This document shows positions 1-12,975 of a stretch of DNA of 64,000 nt, one piece after another (positions within the stretch are counted from its first letter, which is position 1; every line of letters begins with the position of its first letter). Below the pieces are notes generated by a model. It made no database searches, was not told the origin of the DNA, and saw only the letters and a program-made list of their open reading frames with translations. The translations under genes and the position numbers were made by a program. The DNA is taken from positions 1,736,001-1,800,000 of the forward strand of contig JBLDXI010000046.1 in assembly GCA_047495785.1 (NCBI GenBank), given 5' to 3'. The stretch comes from Lepidodermella squamata (taxonomy: Eukaryota > Animalia > Gastrotricha).

Positions 1-151
1 ACATATCCTCCTTGCCCCAAGACAACGAGACTGCGGGGAGTTCCTCTTCACACGTTAGCCCAGCGTGTATATCTTTGCCTATTGGATGAGAGACCGCTAC
101 CATGATCGCATTTCAGATCTCAGGCTCTGGCAAATGACCAAATATTCCCGA

Positions 152-180
152 TTCCCAATTCCTAATTCCTAATTCCTAAC
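152..180 (+). repeat. Short 7-nt tandem repeat (TTCCTAA)n, possibly the tail of a retroelement entering from the left edge
   Basis: ttcccaattcctaattcctaattcctaac seen directly; the tail interpretation is inference. Confidence 0.45.
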
Positions 181-876
181 CAGTACGCTAAATGCTAAGA
201 ATTAGATGTCTCGAGCATTGCATGCAACTGAATTAAAAGCTATATGCTGCTCACTCCAAGTTCCAAGATGGTGCAGGGAGCCGGCTGTACGCTGTACGAT
301 GTTGCGTTGGAAAAGGCGGCGCTGGCGCCGGCGGCCGGCATCTGTTCTCGTTTTTTTTCTCCAATTTTGAAAATTTACGTCAAGGTCATTCAGACACACA
401 TAATACTCAGATATATTATTTATAGCCTATTTATCATTTATTGATTTCAGTAAAGGGTTTTGATGTTTTAAGAAAACCGCCAAATCTCAGAGCCCCGCAA
501 AGCTTCTTCCCGAAAAGTTGAGGTTCATTTAGAGCGTTCACTTCCTTCGAAGTCTTGTACGTTGTAGTTCGTCTTAGACATTTGATACCTCCCTATCGAG
601 CCAAATATTCTATAGCTACCCAATTAAGATGGCGGAGTTAGCTAATTTTGGCATTTCACTCTTCGATTTGTGATCTGAAGTGAGAAGTGACCGTCTGATG
701 CGTCGGTTTGACGTCTAACTTTTATCCCATGGGTTATGTTAAAGCGTTATGTTACAGCTGCCTACTCGTCAACGCTTGGTAATTTCACTGCCATTATTGA
801 CGGAGTCTTTCTTTGATGATATTTCTTTGGAATTGAGTAATATTTCTCTTAATTCGCTCAGATAGGTGTTAAAACA

Positions 877-3800
877 ATGGAAGATCCGTCTGATGCTATC
901 GAGTTGAGGTCGAACTCTGCTAGTCCACAAAGCCTGGAACTTTCCCCGGAACTGCAGGACCTCAGTGAAAATGGGCAATCACGCTACTCTAATCCATCAA
1001 TATGTGGCGTGTGCAAAGAAGCTTTCAAAAATCCTCGCCTGTTATCATGTCTTCATATATTTTGCGAGGCTTGCTTGGAGAAGCTGCTGAATAGCTCAGT
1101 TGACAAATGTGAGTAAACTCGCTTATTTTGACAAAGTCATCACTAATTTTTTTCCCCAATTCAGGTAGCATCAACTGCATTGTTTGTGGAGCTCACACTG
1201 ACATGAAAGACAGAGGAGTTCACAACCTCGACTTCGATTACTTGGCTCATCGCTTAACAAATGGAAGTAACCACAATGTGCCTATTTCTAGCACCTGCTG
1301 CAAATCAAAGGAGCCCAGCGTCGGCCATTGCCGCGACTGCATGAATTACTTGTGCCCTAAATGCGTCGATGCGCATGAGTCGATGCGTTGTTTTGAATCA
1401 CACCATGTATGCATTTTTTCGTGATCCCTGGGATTTTTGACCTAAGCATTGTTATTTACCAGGTAACCCGATTCGATCAATCGTCATCTAATTCGGCATT
1501 GAACGGTGAACCAGACGAATCTCCATTGCTTTGTCAACAACACAGCAACCAGTGCCTCAAAAACTATTGCTGTCAATGTCAAGTGGCGTTTTGTAATCAA
1601 TGCGCTGATCACCGTCTACAGGGTCATATGTGCCAACCCTTTAGCCAAATAAGTCTTACGATGCGATCGCAAGTCCAGATTGCTGTTGAGCAAGCCCGCC
1701 TGCGTCTCGAAACTTGCAACGACGCTGAAAATAACCTAAATACAGCTCTTCAACAGCTTCAGGAGCAGCGCGACACAGCACGCAGCCTCATCACTGAAAC
1801 ACTTCACAGCTGCCGATCAGCTTTACAGAAGGTTGCCGATAGTGCCCTAGGTAAGCTCGACGAATGCAAAGCGCTGGAAGAGGATCGTATTCTCGAAGCC
1901 ATGGAAGATGTGAAGCGTGTGGCGAACAGTATTGAAGACTCTTGTGCATATGCCGAGCGAGTTCTAAAGCTCGGTACCGTCAACGAATGTGCCGTTTTAT
2001 ACCGCCCGATTACCGCCTGTTTGGCAAACCTACGCGATAAGATTTTCCCTGTCGACAGTCTGCAACCACAGCTTCGTTTTGTTCCTGGCGATCTTGATAA
2101 AATCGATTCAGCCTTTGCGTCAGTATTCGGTCGCGTTGTTTCCTCTGCTTTCGGACCTGCCTCTGTTGCGTCAGATGTGGATTCCGGAGCTGTCAGAGCC
2201 TGTAAGTTTATTTTTATTAACGCCAACCTGTTTAATGAATGAATGATGGATTACTAGCTCCGGCAAGTGGAGTTGCCGTCGCTGGAATCGGCTGTGGAAG
2301 TGCTGCATCAGCTTTCGACGCCGTTGTCTCGTCGCTGCCCATGAGCGTTGGAACCTTGGACACGATTGTTAACGAAATCAACGGAAATGGCGGGTTGTAT
2401 GGCCGAAAGCCACAGAATATGTCTAATTCGGACTCGATTACAAACATGCTGGACGTGCAGAACTATGGCATGGACTCGATTGGTGGCTATCAACAATTTG
2501 CGCCTCAGCTTCCGCCTGCTGTCATTTCGAGCGGCCCACAGCTGACCTCGGGCGACTCGACGCCGAATCCGGTGAATGCCGCCTTGGTTGGCTTAGCCCA
2601 CAATCTGAGCCAGCTGAACATGCAATCGGATAATAACTCGGGCGGTAGCTTTTTCGAACGCAACGCGCCGTTCAGTCGACAGATCCAGTCACCATCTCGC
2701 GTCGCAACTCAAAGCCCACCTGAGATTCTCGGTGGCGACGGAATCATGCCGATGGAAGGAAATCTGCTGCAGAGTTTCACTGGTGGCAATTTCTCTCCCA
2801 TCCCCATTGGCAGCCGAATTCTGTCGTCTGGCGGTCCGCTGACAATGAATATGGCCGGTAACCTGGTGCGGTCGATGACCGGGCAGCAATTCCCGTCGTC
2901 TCCACCACCTTTCCCGAACGCACCTGGCCACTCGAATGGCGGCAACGGTACGAACATTCAGTCATGGGTTTCTTCGACCGCGGCAAACGCAGGCGACATT
3001 TCGCCGACGCCTAACGACCACGGCAGTGCCTCGCCTCCGTTCCCGAACAACCGAACCAACCGCAATGTCAGTCCGATGCAAATTCGCGTCAAATTCGGTC
3101 AACTTGGCCCCGGTCGCGGTCAGTTCAACTCGCCCCATGGTTTCTGTCTCGGAGAAAATGAAGACATCATTGTCGCTGACACCAACAGTAAGTTTAGCCC
3201 TTTATCTTCGCAATTTCGGTCTATCATAAGTTGAATTTTTTGAGCCCGGGATTGAGGCTCAGTAGCTATTATAATTAGGCAATATCGCGTTTCAGATTCG
3301 TGCGATTATCCGGTGTATCGATCGTTTAAAGTCTAGCGCCTTTGTCTTATCAAATTAGGTCAATTTTTGCATGGGGATTGGCTTCAATTATTGCCCATAT
3401 TGATTGACATTTTGCTTTTTTCTTTGCTTAGATCACCGCATCCAGATTTTCGACAAGAGTGGCAACTTCAAGTCGCAGTTCGGCGTGCCAGGCCGTGAAG
3501 AAGGTCAGCTGTGGTACCCGCGTAAGGTTAACGTGTTCCCAGCCTCCGGTCGCTTCGTTGTATGCGATCGTGGCAATGAACGCAGCCGAATGCAGATCTT
3601 CACGAAGAACGGCCATTGCGTTAAAAAAGTGGCTATTCGGTACATTGATATCGTAGCCGGACTGGCGGTGAACAGCCAGGGCAACATCGTCGCTGTCGAT
3701 TCGGTCAGCCCCACTGTTTTCGTCATCAACGACGCCGGTGAGCTGGCTTTCTGGTTCGACTGCTCCGAGTACATGCGCGAGCCATCCGACATTGCTGTCA

Positions 3801-4509
3801 ACGGCAAAGAGTACTTCGTCTGTGATTTCAAGGTATTTTTTTTACCGTTAACAAGTGAAAAGTAGTGATAAACAACATTTTTGACATCGCGAGATTTGTT
3901 AACCACTTTACAGTCGAATGATATCAAACCGATGCGAATAACTATTAACTATTAGGGTTGCTATAGGAGGAGATGGGCTTCAAAGTTCAACCTCTAAAAA
4001 TGAAATTTTTCAAAATTCTCCCTTGTAATTGTTCCAAATGTTGATACCTATGCCATAGATACCTCCTTAAATACTTGAAACGTTTTAGTTTTCGGCCCTT
4101 TTTAAGGAGGATAGGAGAACCCGGGACGGATTAGGTCATTTTGCCGATCCAAATTTGTTATAATTTTTAAGGCGGAATTTTCAATTTTTTGTTACTCTAG
4201 GGCCATTGCGTCGTCGTGTTTTCTGAAGACGGCAAGTTCCTTCGCCGCATTGGTTGCGAGGGTATCACCAATTACCCGAACGGCATTGACATTTCCGACC
4301 ACGGCGATGTGCTGGTCGGCGACAGCCACGGCAACCGGTTCCACGTGGCCGTGTTCCAGAAGGACGGTTCGATCATCGGCGAGTTCGAGTGCCCGTACGT
4401 CAAGGTGTCGCGCTGCTGCGGCCTGAAGATCACGGCCGAGGGCTACGTCGTGACCGTCGCTAAGAATAATCACCACGTGCTTGTTCTCAACACCCTCTAC
4501 ATCGCGTAA
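877..4509 (+). CDS. mei-P26: TRIM-NHL translational regulator, mei-P26/NHL-2 orthologue (RING, two B-boxes, coiled coil, low-complexity linker, NHL propeller); 6 coding exons ~877-1108, 1165-1406, 1463-2201, 2258-3187, 3432-3832, 4201-4509
   Basis: [21 protein letters not shown]; two B-boxes; NHL sequence [54 protein letters not shown] is diagnostic of mei-P26/NHL-2 rather than Brat. GT-AG introns join the exons. Confidence 0.93.
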
Positions 4510-7500
4510 TGATGACTGATGACTGCAACTTACAAAAGAACTCTTCTTCTTCTTCTTCTTACAAACTTGTTCATCTTTATATTTGAATTTTATCACCGCT
4601 ACTTTCAAGTTGAAACAACAACTGAATTTTTTCGTTGCTTTTTTCGTGCATCCGGTATCCGAGAAGTTGATTTTATTCCCGCACTTCATCATAAAACCAC
4701 ACACATCTCTCCTTTGTCTACATATTATTGAATGATGATTCATCTTTTTCGCCGTGTTTCCGAAACGCGGTCAGTGACCGGTCTACAATATATAAGAAGG
4801 AAGTACAGAACATGGCTTAGGCGGATTTAGCATCACAAGCCTGTTTAAATCACTTCACAATCAAACTACAGAGACGCCGTTAGTTCTTTCTTTTTTGCGC
4901 GAAAAATCGTATTATTTTAGCTCGCTCTCTTCTCTTTATTTAATTGTGAGATTTTTTCGTTATATTTCTTTGTTCGTTTTCCCTCGAAAAGCTGTGAACT
5001 CGTGCGCGAATTATACCGCTGTGTTTTCACCGGTCTTTTGACCGGGGCGCAGACCGCATGTGTAAATAATACAAAATTTATATGTATACACAGGAAAATC
5101 CTATATTCATTGAGAAAAACAGCTGTAATTTGATTATGATGATAATAATATTATTATATTTAGACAAGAGAGGTGCGCTTTTCTGCCGTTTATGTTTTTC
5201 TCGTTTCTTGTCTTCTTATTCTTCTTCTCTACAATTTTTTCAGCGTGTTTCAAATTGCGTTGTTCGGCTATACAAAACAGCGCGACAAATTTGTACTAAA
5301 ATTTACACTTGAAGAATGCATATACACAATATACACAGCGCGTCAGCATTTATACAACATTATTTTAGCGATTTTTTTTCAAAAAAAAAACGGAAAACAA
5401 ATAATTCTTATATACACACAAAACTGGACTGGGCGACTTGCCATGCGTGTTACCCACTTGTATTTCACAACAGAGCGTGATCGAAACCTCGTTTTACCTT
5501 CTTTTTATCACTTCTCGGAATGAGACAAAACAAGCTAAACCAGATGATGATCCCGATTTGCGACGCTCCTGTTTCCTGAGCGTGGGAGACACGCCTGGCG
5601 TGTGCGCTCATACGCTATATTTTGAGAATGCTGTCTGCTACGATGATGATACATTTCGAAGAGCATCTTTTTTCTCGCTGCCTGCGTGAATTTTTTTGCA
5701 AGAAAAATCTTTCTACATTATACACTTACTGTTGTTATTATACAATTTGTGGTGTTCACTCTTGTTTCACATTTTTTCCTATTCGATCTCTCGAGCGTTG
5801 TGTGTGTCTGCGAGGCCTGCATTTTACCTGGCGAAGAGAACAAAATGAAGTAATAACACAGATGAAAGTTTTACCTTCTCGACTAACAACAATACCTATT
5901 CTATAATAAAACTGTACAATATATACAAAAGACACAAATTATACAAGATCCAGTGATTTTTTGATTGAAATCTATCACACACATGTTTTGTGCAGCGCAG
6001 ACTGTGCTTGAAAAGCGCGTGCGCTCTCTGACTCTTTCTTGCCCGTTCGCTTGGATATATAATATGTATGGTGGAAGCACTGAAATAAAAAACTGTTTTA
6101 CTGAACTTTTTTAACGTTCATTTTACTTGCTACCAGCGCAGTTCTGTTCCGCTACATACCTGTCCTTCTTTGTGATCGTGTTTTTTCTTTTTTTATTCAT
6201 ATTCATATTATTAATATAGTTGCTTTCAGCTGGAATGCGTCATTTTTTCTCGCATTTTCCTTAAGGTGGAAGCGTCTATTCAAAAAATACGCTCTATACC
6301 TATATCAACGTTAATTTACCTTATATACCGTCATTGAATATACAATTTTATACAAGAAAAAAACGTTGAGAAAAAATTCGAAAAAAAATATTTCAGATTT
6401 GAGGTTGATTTTGGTTGAAACGAAGTCTCCTCATTTTACATTTACGATGCGTGAAAACTCAGTTTTTGAATTCCGGAGCATTTCATCTGTCAAGAGCATT
6501 TTTTCCTCACGATGGCGCTTATGTTTGTCTTTGTTCTTATACAAAACAACTTCATCATCATTATATACTAATATTATTATACATTTACAAAAATCTATGT
6601 ATACATATGGATTGATGATAATCTTTTTTTCGCTGATTTACCGCAAAAACTTTCGAAAACTTACAAAAAATTATTCAGATTTTTCGGTTTTTCTTTTTTT
6701 CATATATTATTATTATTGAGGTGACGAAGCCGCTCAATGTCTATACATATTCATTGAAATACTATTATATATATACCTACAAATATGCCACCTTGCTGTT
6801 TCAAAACAACAGTTCATTATTATTATTATATACATAGCTATGTTTACCGATAGATTTATATATACATGATTATTACACCTGGCTTCAATTTCACTTTGAT
6901 ATCATATTTCGAATTGTGTCAGAGAATTTATAAGCTAGACGAAAAAAAAATAACAGTCGATATTATAGGTCGCGAAAAAATTGCCTAGATCACTTTACTT
7001 ATACGAATAATGAATGGTCTGCCTAGCGCATATGCTTCTGCCGTCGGCTGGTTCGCGCTGTTCAAAGTGTTTTACAATAATGATACCTAACAATGGTGAT
7101 GAAAACAGCTATGAATTGATTTACTGACTTGCAACATCTCTCCTCCCGCCCGTGAACTGTCCTCGAGGGTGGGCATATGCGTTTTCTATTTTCTCTAGGC
7201 CGACCTTGTCTCTTGTCTTTGCCTGATATACACGCTACGCTATGATCTACATCATAGCCTATGTTTAACCGCACTCTGTCTGGTAATTGATAAAATAAAA
7301 ACTATTCGATTATTTGGCGATTTTTTTCAATGGAGTTCGTTTTTAAAGCTATCTGAGCGAATTCGTCGGAGGAGTTAAGGCCTGAAAAGAGAGATTCAAG
7401 TTCAATGGGGCTTAATCCCCTGGAAAATGGTTAAACCTGTCTATTGAGGAGACGCTGAGAAGGCCTGATACAGCCTGAACGAGTGTTTAGATACAACTTA

Positions 7501-7943
7501 ACAACTCGAAGAACGAGTGTAGTCTTCAAGGTGTTCACTATGATAGCAGGCGGCTATGGGCACAAAACAAACTGAGGGAAAAATTGTAGATTATAATTGT
7601 ATTTTAGAAAGGTATATTTTATAATCGCAAGTTTTCGAAGCAGACGGCTATTTTAGACTCCAATAAAATAGATCCAAATAAATTGTCATGAATTAAGGCG
7701 GAAGAAATTCTGCTTGCTGATCGATGCCCGATTTGCCTGGAAAGAATTTGTGAATAATATCTGCGAATATAGTTTACTATTGAAAAATACGGCATCATCG
7801 GTACCATTATATTATAGCCAGATTGAGTGAAATTAGGTGAACAAATTGATAATAAAACATCCAGCTTAACATTGTGCAACAATTTCGCGGAAGTAAAAGA
7901 TTTTCAAATGCTGATCATTCATCGCTGCGATTTAAGCTCTGAT

Positions 7944-7979
7944 TTGATTTCCCATTTGATTTCCCATCTGATTTCCCAT
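7944..7979 (+). repeat. 12-bp tandem repeat x3 (TGATTTCCCAT-N)
   Basis: tgatttcccatt tgatttcccatc tgatttcccatg immediately before the ATG of the 195-aa ORF. Confidence 0.85.
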
Positions 7980-8565
7980 GGCTGCCAATGGATCGAAACT
8001 ACCCGCAGAAGTCAGAGTAACCGACCTCCTGCGATTTTTGAAGCTTGGAAGTCACGAAGGCCAATTTGAGCTGATCCAGCAATGGTTGGATCAGCCAATC
8101 AAGCGGAATAGCACGAATCGCCTTCGTGTCTACCACATCGCCAAACAAGAGCATGCAAGGCACAAGAAACTGGTGGGCGCGAAGCGCGAGAGGCACCTTG
8201 AGAAGAAACGGCACATTCTCATAAATGTAGCTCCTGCTCCCGCCCAGGCTGGATGCGAACCAGCTCCTGCTCCTGCTCAGGCTGGTCGCGAACCGGCTCC
8301 TGCTCCCGCCCAGGCTGGATGCGAACCAGCTCCTGCTCCTGCTCAGGCTGGTCGCGAACCGGCTCCTGCTCCCGCCCAGGCTGGATGCGAACCAGCTCCT
8401 GCTCCTGCCCAGGCTGGTCGTGAGCCTTCAGCAGCTACTGTTTTTATTACTGTTTATTGCTGTCACTGCAATAGAAATGGCCTCGTAGGACCGGAGCATC
8501 GAGATGGACCAGCCGCAACAGCCGGCTCGACCAGCATTGGAATCTGGGCGCGCGGCCATCCGTAG
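7978..8565 (+). other. Orphan 195-aa ORF (basic helical N-terminus plus Pro/Ala repeat); coding status uncertain, possibly TE-derived
   Basis: ATG-initiated open frame; no recognisable domain. Confidence 0.3.
8230..8427 (+). repeat. 33-bp minisatellite x6 with alternating A/B units (66-bp higher-order repeat x3), encoding APAPAQAG(C/R)EP
   Basis: Units gctcctgctcccgcccaggctggatgcgaacca and gctcctgctcctgctcaggctggtcgcgaaccg alternate. Confidence 0.95.
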
Positions 8566-10755
8566 CCATCACTGAAAAAATGAAAATTTGAAAATTATAA
8601 TTAGGAGAAAAAAGTAAACAATCATTGCTGAAAGGTGCTTAATTGTCACTGATGAATAGCCCCCCCCCCCCTTCCAAGAATTTTGCAGCTAGAATAGCTG
8701 TATGCCTTTCATATTGGTTGGGACATCAGAATGGATCTTTTCATTCATATTCAATTTATTTTCTTAGCGAATTTTCATAATTCGGAAGTTTATTCGTCTT
8801 CTTTTCGAAATTACCCTATCGAATCTCCAAAGTAGGATACTCAGGATTGCGCAAGCGTCTGTTAAAGAGATTCGCCAAACACGACTTCAAACGTGTTGGC
8901 AGTTGTATTGTATAATGGCGGTTAATAATTCTTTCGGATTATTAGTTTATTGAGAAACGGTAATTTCGGTTTGATTGTCATCGCGAGAACCACCTCTTGG
9001 CATCAGGCGCCCGCAGAAGTGCGCCGACGCAGGTGCATTTGACTAGCGGCTCGTCGACACACAAGTCGCTGGGAATACCTATGTAGCGAGATATGGAGGC
9101 GATCGGCGGTTGGCTATCGAGCCTCATCGAGTAGCATCAGCGCGCCCTCGACAGGCCGAGGCGTTGAAGTGACGCGCGTGTTTGCGCTCTCGTCAATCGG
9201 CTGCGCTGTTTTGCTATACCTATATAAGCCGATGATCGGATTTCGGCAACAGAGGCGCCGGTGCCGGGGTGTTTGCCGAAGCGCGGCCGTGTGACATCAG
9301 CATGAAAAGAAGCCGGGCGCGCACCGCAAACATTGGCAGGTTGTTAATGGCCGCCTACCTGAAGCACGGGCTCATCAAAGCGGCCGGAGCCACTCGAGTG
9401 TCAGGCGCGCGCGCACGCGCTTGCGGTGCCGCCGCTGCCGAAGCATCAGCCCCGGCCGGTGCCAAGGTGAATAGGCAAATAGCCGGGCAGCTAATGATAG
9501 CCGCGGCTCATAATAACCGTAAAGCCGCATGTATCGAGTGCATCGCATGGCGGGCAAACACGCCAACTTTGTATCGAACACCGTGTATCTATTGCAGCCT
9601 TGTCTTGTTGCTACAGCGGCGTGACCGCGGAGGCAGCGCAAATACCACCACCACCATATCAGCCTACCGAGTCACCACCAGCCATCATGATAATCGCGGA
9701 AACATTATTACCAACACCGAGCGCGGCTATACGCATCGTTGCGCGTAAAAGATGATGGTGATGCCGCCAACAGGACGGGAGCGTAAAAAGCTAAAAAGTA
9801 TGTAACTTCCCATGACGGTAGGCAAAAAAGTGCTACAATGAACAGTAATAACAAAAGCATCCGGATCTGTTACATTATAATATAGCAATAGCGGCGGCTC
9901 AGTGTTTGCGCGCACTTGCCATGTCGCCGAAGCGCAACCTCCTCGTTTATTGCAGTCTCACGCTGCAGCCGAAAAATAATGTCCCCGCACCCGGTAATAT
10001 ATCAGGACGGGGAAAAAAAATCGAAATGAGGTCACATTCCACGGTTTTATTTTGTCCACCAAACTCTACATTTTGTCAACTGAAATATTTATAATAAAAG
10101 CGCCATTTTTTCGCATGCAATAATTTACGTTATACACAGCTCAATAAGTATATATAGAAGAAATAGCAAAATTTTGATTTCCTCCTCCAGCTCATAATAA
10201 TATTACTTTCTATGTAGGTATGTACAATGAGACACCTTTCTAATATTTTACAAACATGCATAGAATTTTTATGTGTAAAATGCTGACACAGTCAATTAAA
10301 ACAGTACCTGTATAATGTTGTATACCAGCGATATAAAAAATTAACTTGCACAATTTTGCATTCAGCCACCACAGATGGCAAAGAAAAGCTGTTGAAAAAG
10401 ACGCGAGAAGAAATAAAAAGACGAAAGAAGCGGAATGCTCTAGTATAAAATCTAGGCTAATATAACTAAAACCCGGAAACAATAGCCGACAACAATACGG
10501 AATGCAATTAAAGCTATCAGTTTCATGATTCGAAAAAAAAATCGCCGAATAACAGAATTTTGTAGCGAGACATGTTCAAGAAGACAACGAAAAGAGAATA
10601 GCCGGTCAAATCGGAATAATTCGTCGCTTTTTCATCACAATTAATTGAGATAATTACTAGCTCTTCATCGCACCTGAAAGAAATGCTTCAAACACTGCTC
10701 AAAGCTGTTCCCAAGTGTGTATAATAATTTTTAGATTTTTTTTAGTGAAATTCAA

Positions 10756-12975
10756 CTACTCGTCACTGCCAGCGCGCACCACCTTGTCATCGGTGTCTTC
10801 AATGTCGATCATATCGACGTCTTCCTCGGCGGAAATTCGCTCGTCATCCGCCGCCACCATCTCCTCGAGCTCCTCCTCCTCCTCCTCTTCATCCTCAAGC
10901 ATTATTTCTTCGTCTTCATCGAGCAGCTCAGGACTGCTGTCGTCCGGGTGCGAAGGAGGTGAAGTCAGCCCAGCCTCGCCAACCCCGCGAGGCGGCGTCA
11001 GGAAAATCGCCCGAGCCGCGTGTTGGCTCGACGCTGCCTGGCCGTCCAACATAGGCGCCGCCTCGCCGGTGCAGCCGTGCGTGACGGCGTGTCGCCGCAG
11101 ATCGCAACCGCGGCGGAACGGCTTGTCGCAATCGGCGCATCGAAACGGCCGCAGGTCAGTGTGCGTCAGCATGTGGGTGCGCAGGTTCGACCGCTGGCTG
11201 AACGACCGGCCGCACGCCGCGCATTTGTGCGGCGACTCTTGCAGGTGCGACGCCTTGTGAACGGCGAGGGTGCGCGACTGGCAGAAGCCTTTGCCGCACT
11301 CGCCGCACTTGAACGGCTTCTCCTTCGAATGGATGAAGCGGTGGTCACGTAGATGGTCCTGCCTGCGAAATGCTTTGTTGCAAATGTCGCAGGTATACGG
11401 CCGTTCGTCGGTGTGGGTCCGCTCGTGGATCAACAAGTTGTAGGATTTTGTGAAATGTCGCGAGCAGAAGCGGCAGATGAATTCTTTACGGGGCCTGTGG
11501 TGGGTTCGGCCGGGCGCTGATGGCTGTTGCTGGGGTGCTGGTGGCTGTGTTGCTAGGGTGAGTTGGCGAGCTTGACCGGCGGCCTGTTTCACGGCGCGGA
11601 TGATGCCGCCGCCGGCGACGGGCGCCCCGCCTAGCAGTCGATTTCGGCCTACCATGAGCGGGTGAGCGAGGTCGTCGGGCGACGAGCCGTCGGCGGAGGT
11701 GCGTGCCTGGTGCAGGCGGGGCGGGGGCATGACGAACTCGACGCAGGCATGGGAGCCGAACAGCCCGACGGGCACTTCGAATCGGAATGGCGCCGGGCGG
11801 CCGGAGGTAGGGTTGGCAAGCGATTGGCCGGTCGGCGAGTTCGATGCCGAAGAAGAGGAGCCTTGCCTATCAGGGTAGAGAATATACATTAATTTCAAGA
11901 ATTTTCTTGGCTATCTTTCACTTCTTCACTATGCCTAGGTCACTTTTGTCAACAATTTAATCTCGGTTACTATACGTTATCTTCTATACGTCAATTTACT
12001 TGATTTACTACCCGGAAGTTGTTTTTGGTTCCAGTTTGCTACCACTTATTACTGCCACTTATACTCACTCTCTCGGCTGTGGGAAAGTAAAGCGACGTTA
12101 AAATCAACAAACACACGAGTAGTTAATTTTTATCAGGGGCGGAGACTATCACAACTACTTAGAGACCGCCGTAATAACAAAACAGCTTCTTTCTTGTCAT
12201 CGGCGTTGGGTGTTTTATTATGTCGCGCCAGTGGGCGTGGCGACTGGTGCCGGTTCCAGGCCGCTGCATCGCTACCGGGTATGCCGCATTTTTACTACCG
12301 TGGGAAACGCCGAGTGCGCAGCCACTACTGCTCGATTTTTAAGGTTGCTGATAAAGATAATAACTATCGGCAAAAATAATACAAAGTTCACGGGACAACA
12401 ATAAATCCCTCCCAGGGAACATATAGGATTCGTCCTAACCTCAACCGGACCTGTCCTTATTGGGGCCATCAAGAATTAATTAATAATGAAAAAAATTACC
12501 TGGCAAGTTGATCTGGACTGCTTTTGCTGCTGCTAGCGCCTGGAGATGATTGCTGACTGTTATCTGCGCCGGCTGATTCAACGCGGCTGCGTTGTTCCCG
12601 TTCGATTTCGGCGCCGAGACGCGCGAAATTAACGGCGCCTATTTGATGGTGGCCATGCCGCCGGTTCGACGTCACCAGGTTCAAACCCTGGTGGGCTGGC
12701 GGCGGCGAGGACGCGTCACGGTTGATTTGATTCGACTGCTGTTGCTGCTGTTGTTGTTGCTGGGCTGCCGCCAATGTTGCGGCCTGTTGTAGCAGCAGTT
12801 GCGCCGCCGCCGCCGCCGCATTAGGCTGGATCGGGTTGGGTGAGCCAGCACCCTGTTGTTGCTGTTGCTGCTGCTGCTGCTGGTTGTTGATCCAATTGTT
12901 CAGTAATCGAACAGCGGCTTGCTGCTGTTGCTGCTGCAGGTGCAGTATCAACTGCGAGTACAAGTACGCCGCCAT
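10756..12975 (-). CDS. Osr: Odd-skipped-related C2H2 zinc-finger transcription factor (5 fingers, sob/bowl/Osr2-like); exons 12975-12500 and 11866-10756
   Basis: [78 protein letters not shown] is the Odd family signature. PolyQ exon 1 carries VNFARLG (FDFANLA-like). Intron 12499-11867 keeps the frame (AG|G = Arg). Confidence 0.95.

Noticed and set aside
877-4509. Calling the TRIM-NHL gene brat or lin-41
   Set aside because: It has a RING, no filamin domain, and NHL residues specific to mei-P26/NHL-2.
9269-9748. 159-aa Ala/Arg-rich ORF, and similar ORFs at 13085-14267
   Set aside because: No domain or codon signal; expected by chance in GC-rich non-coding DNA.
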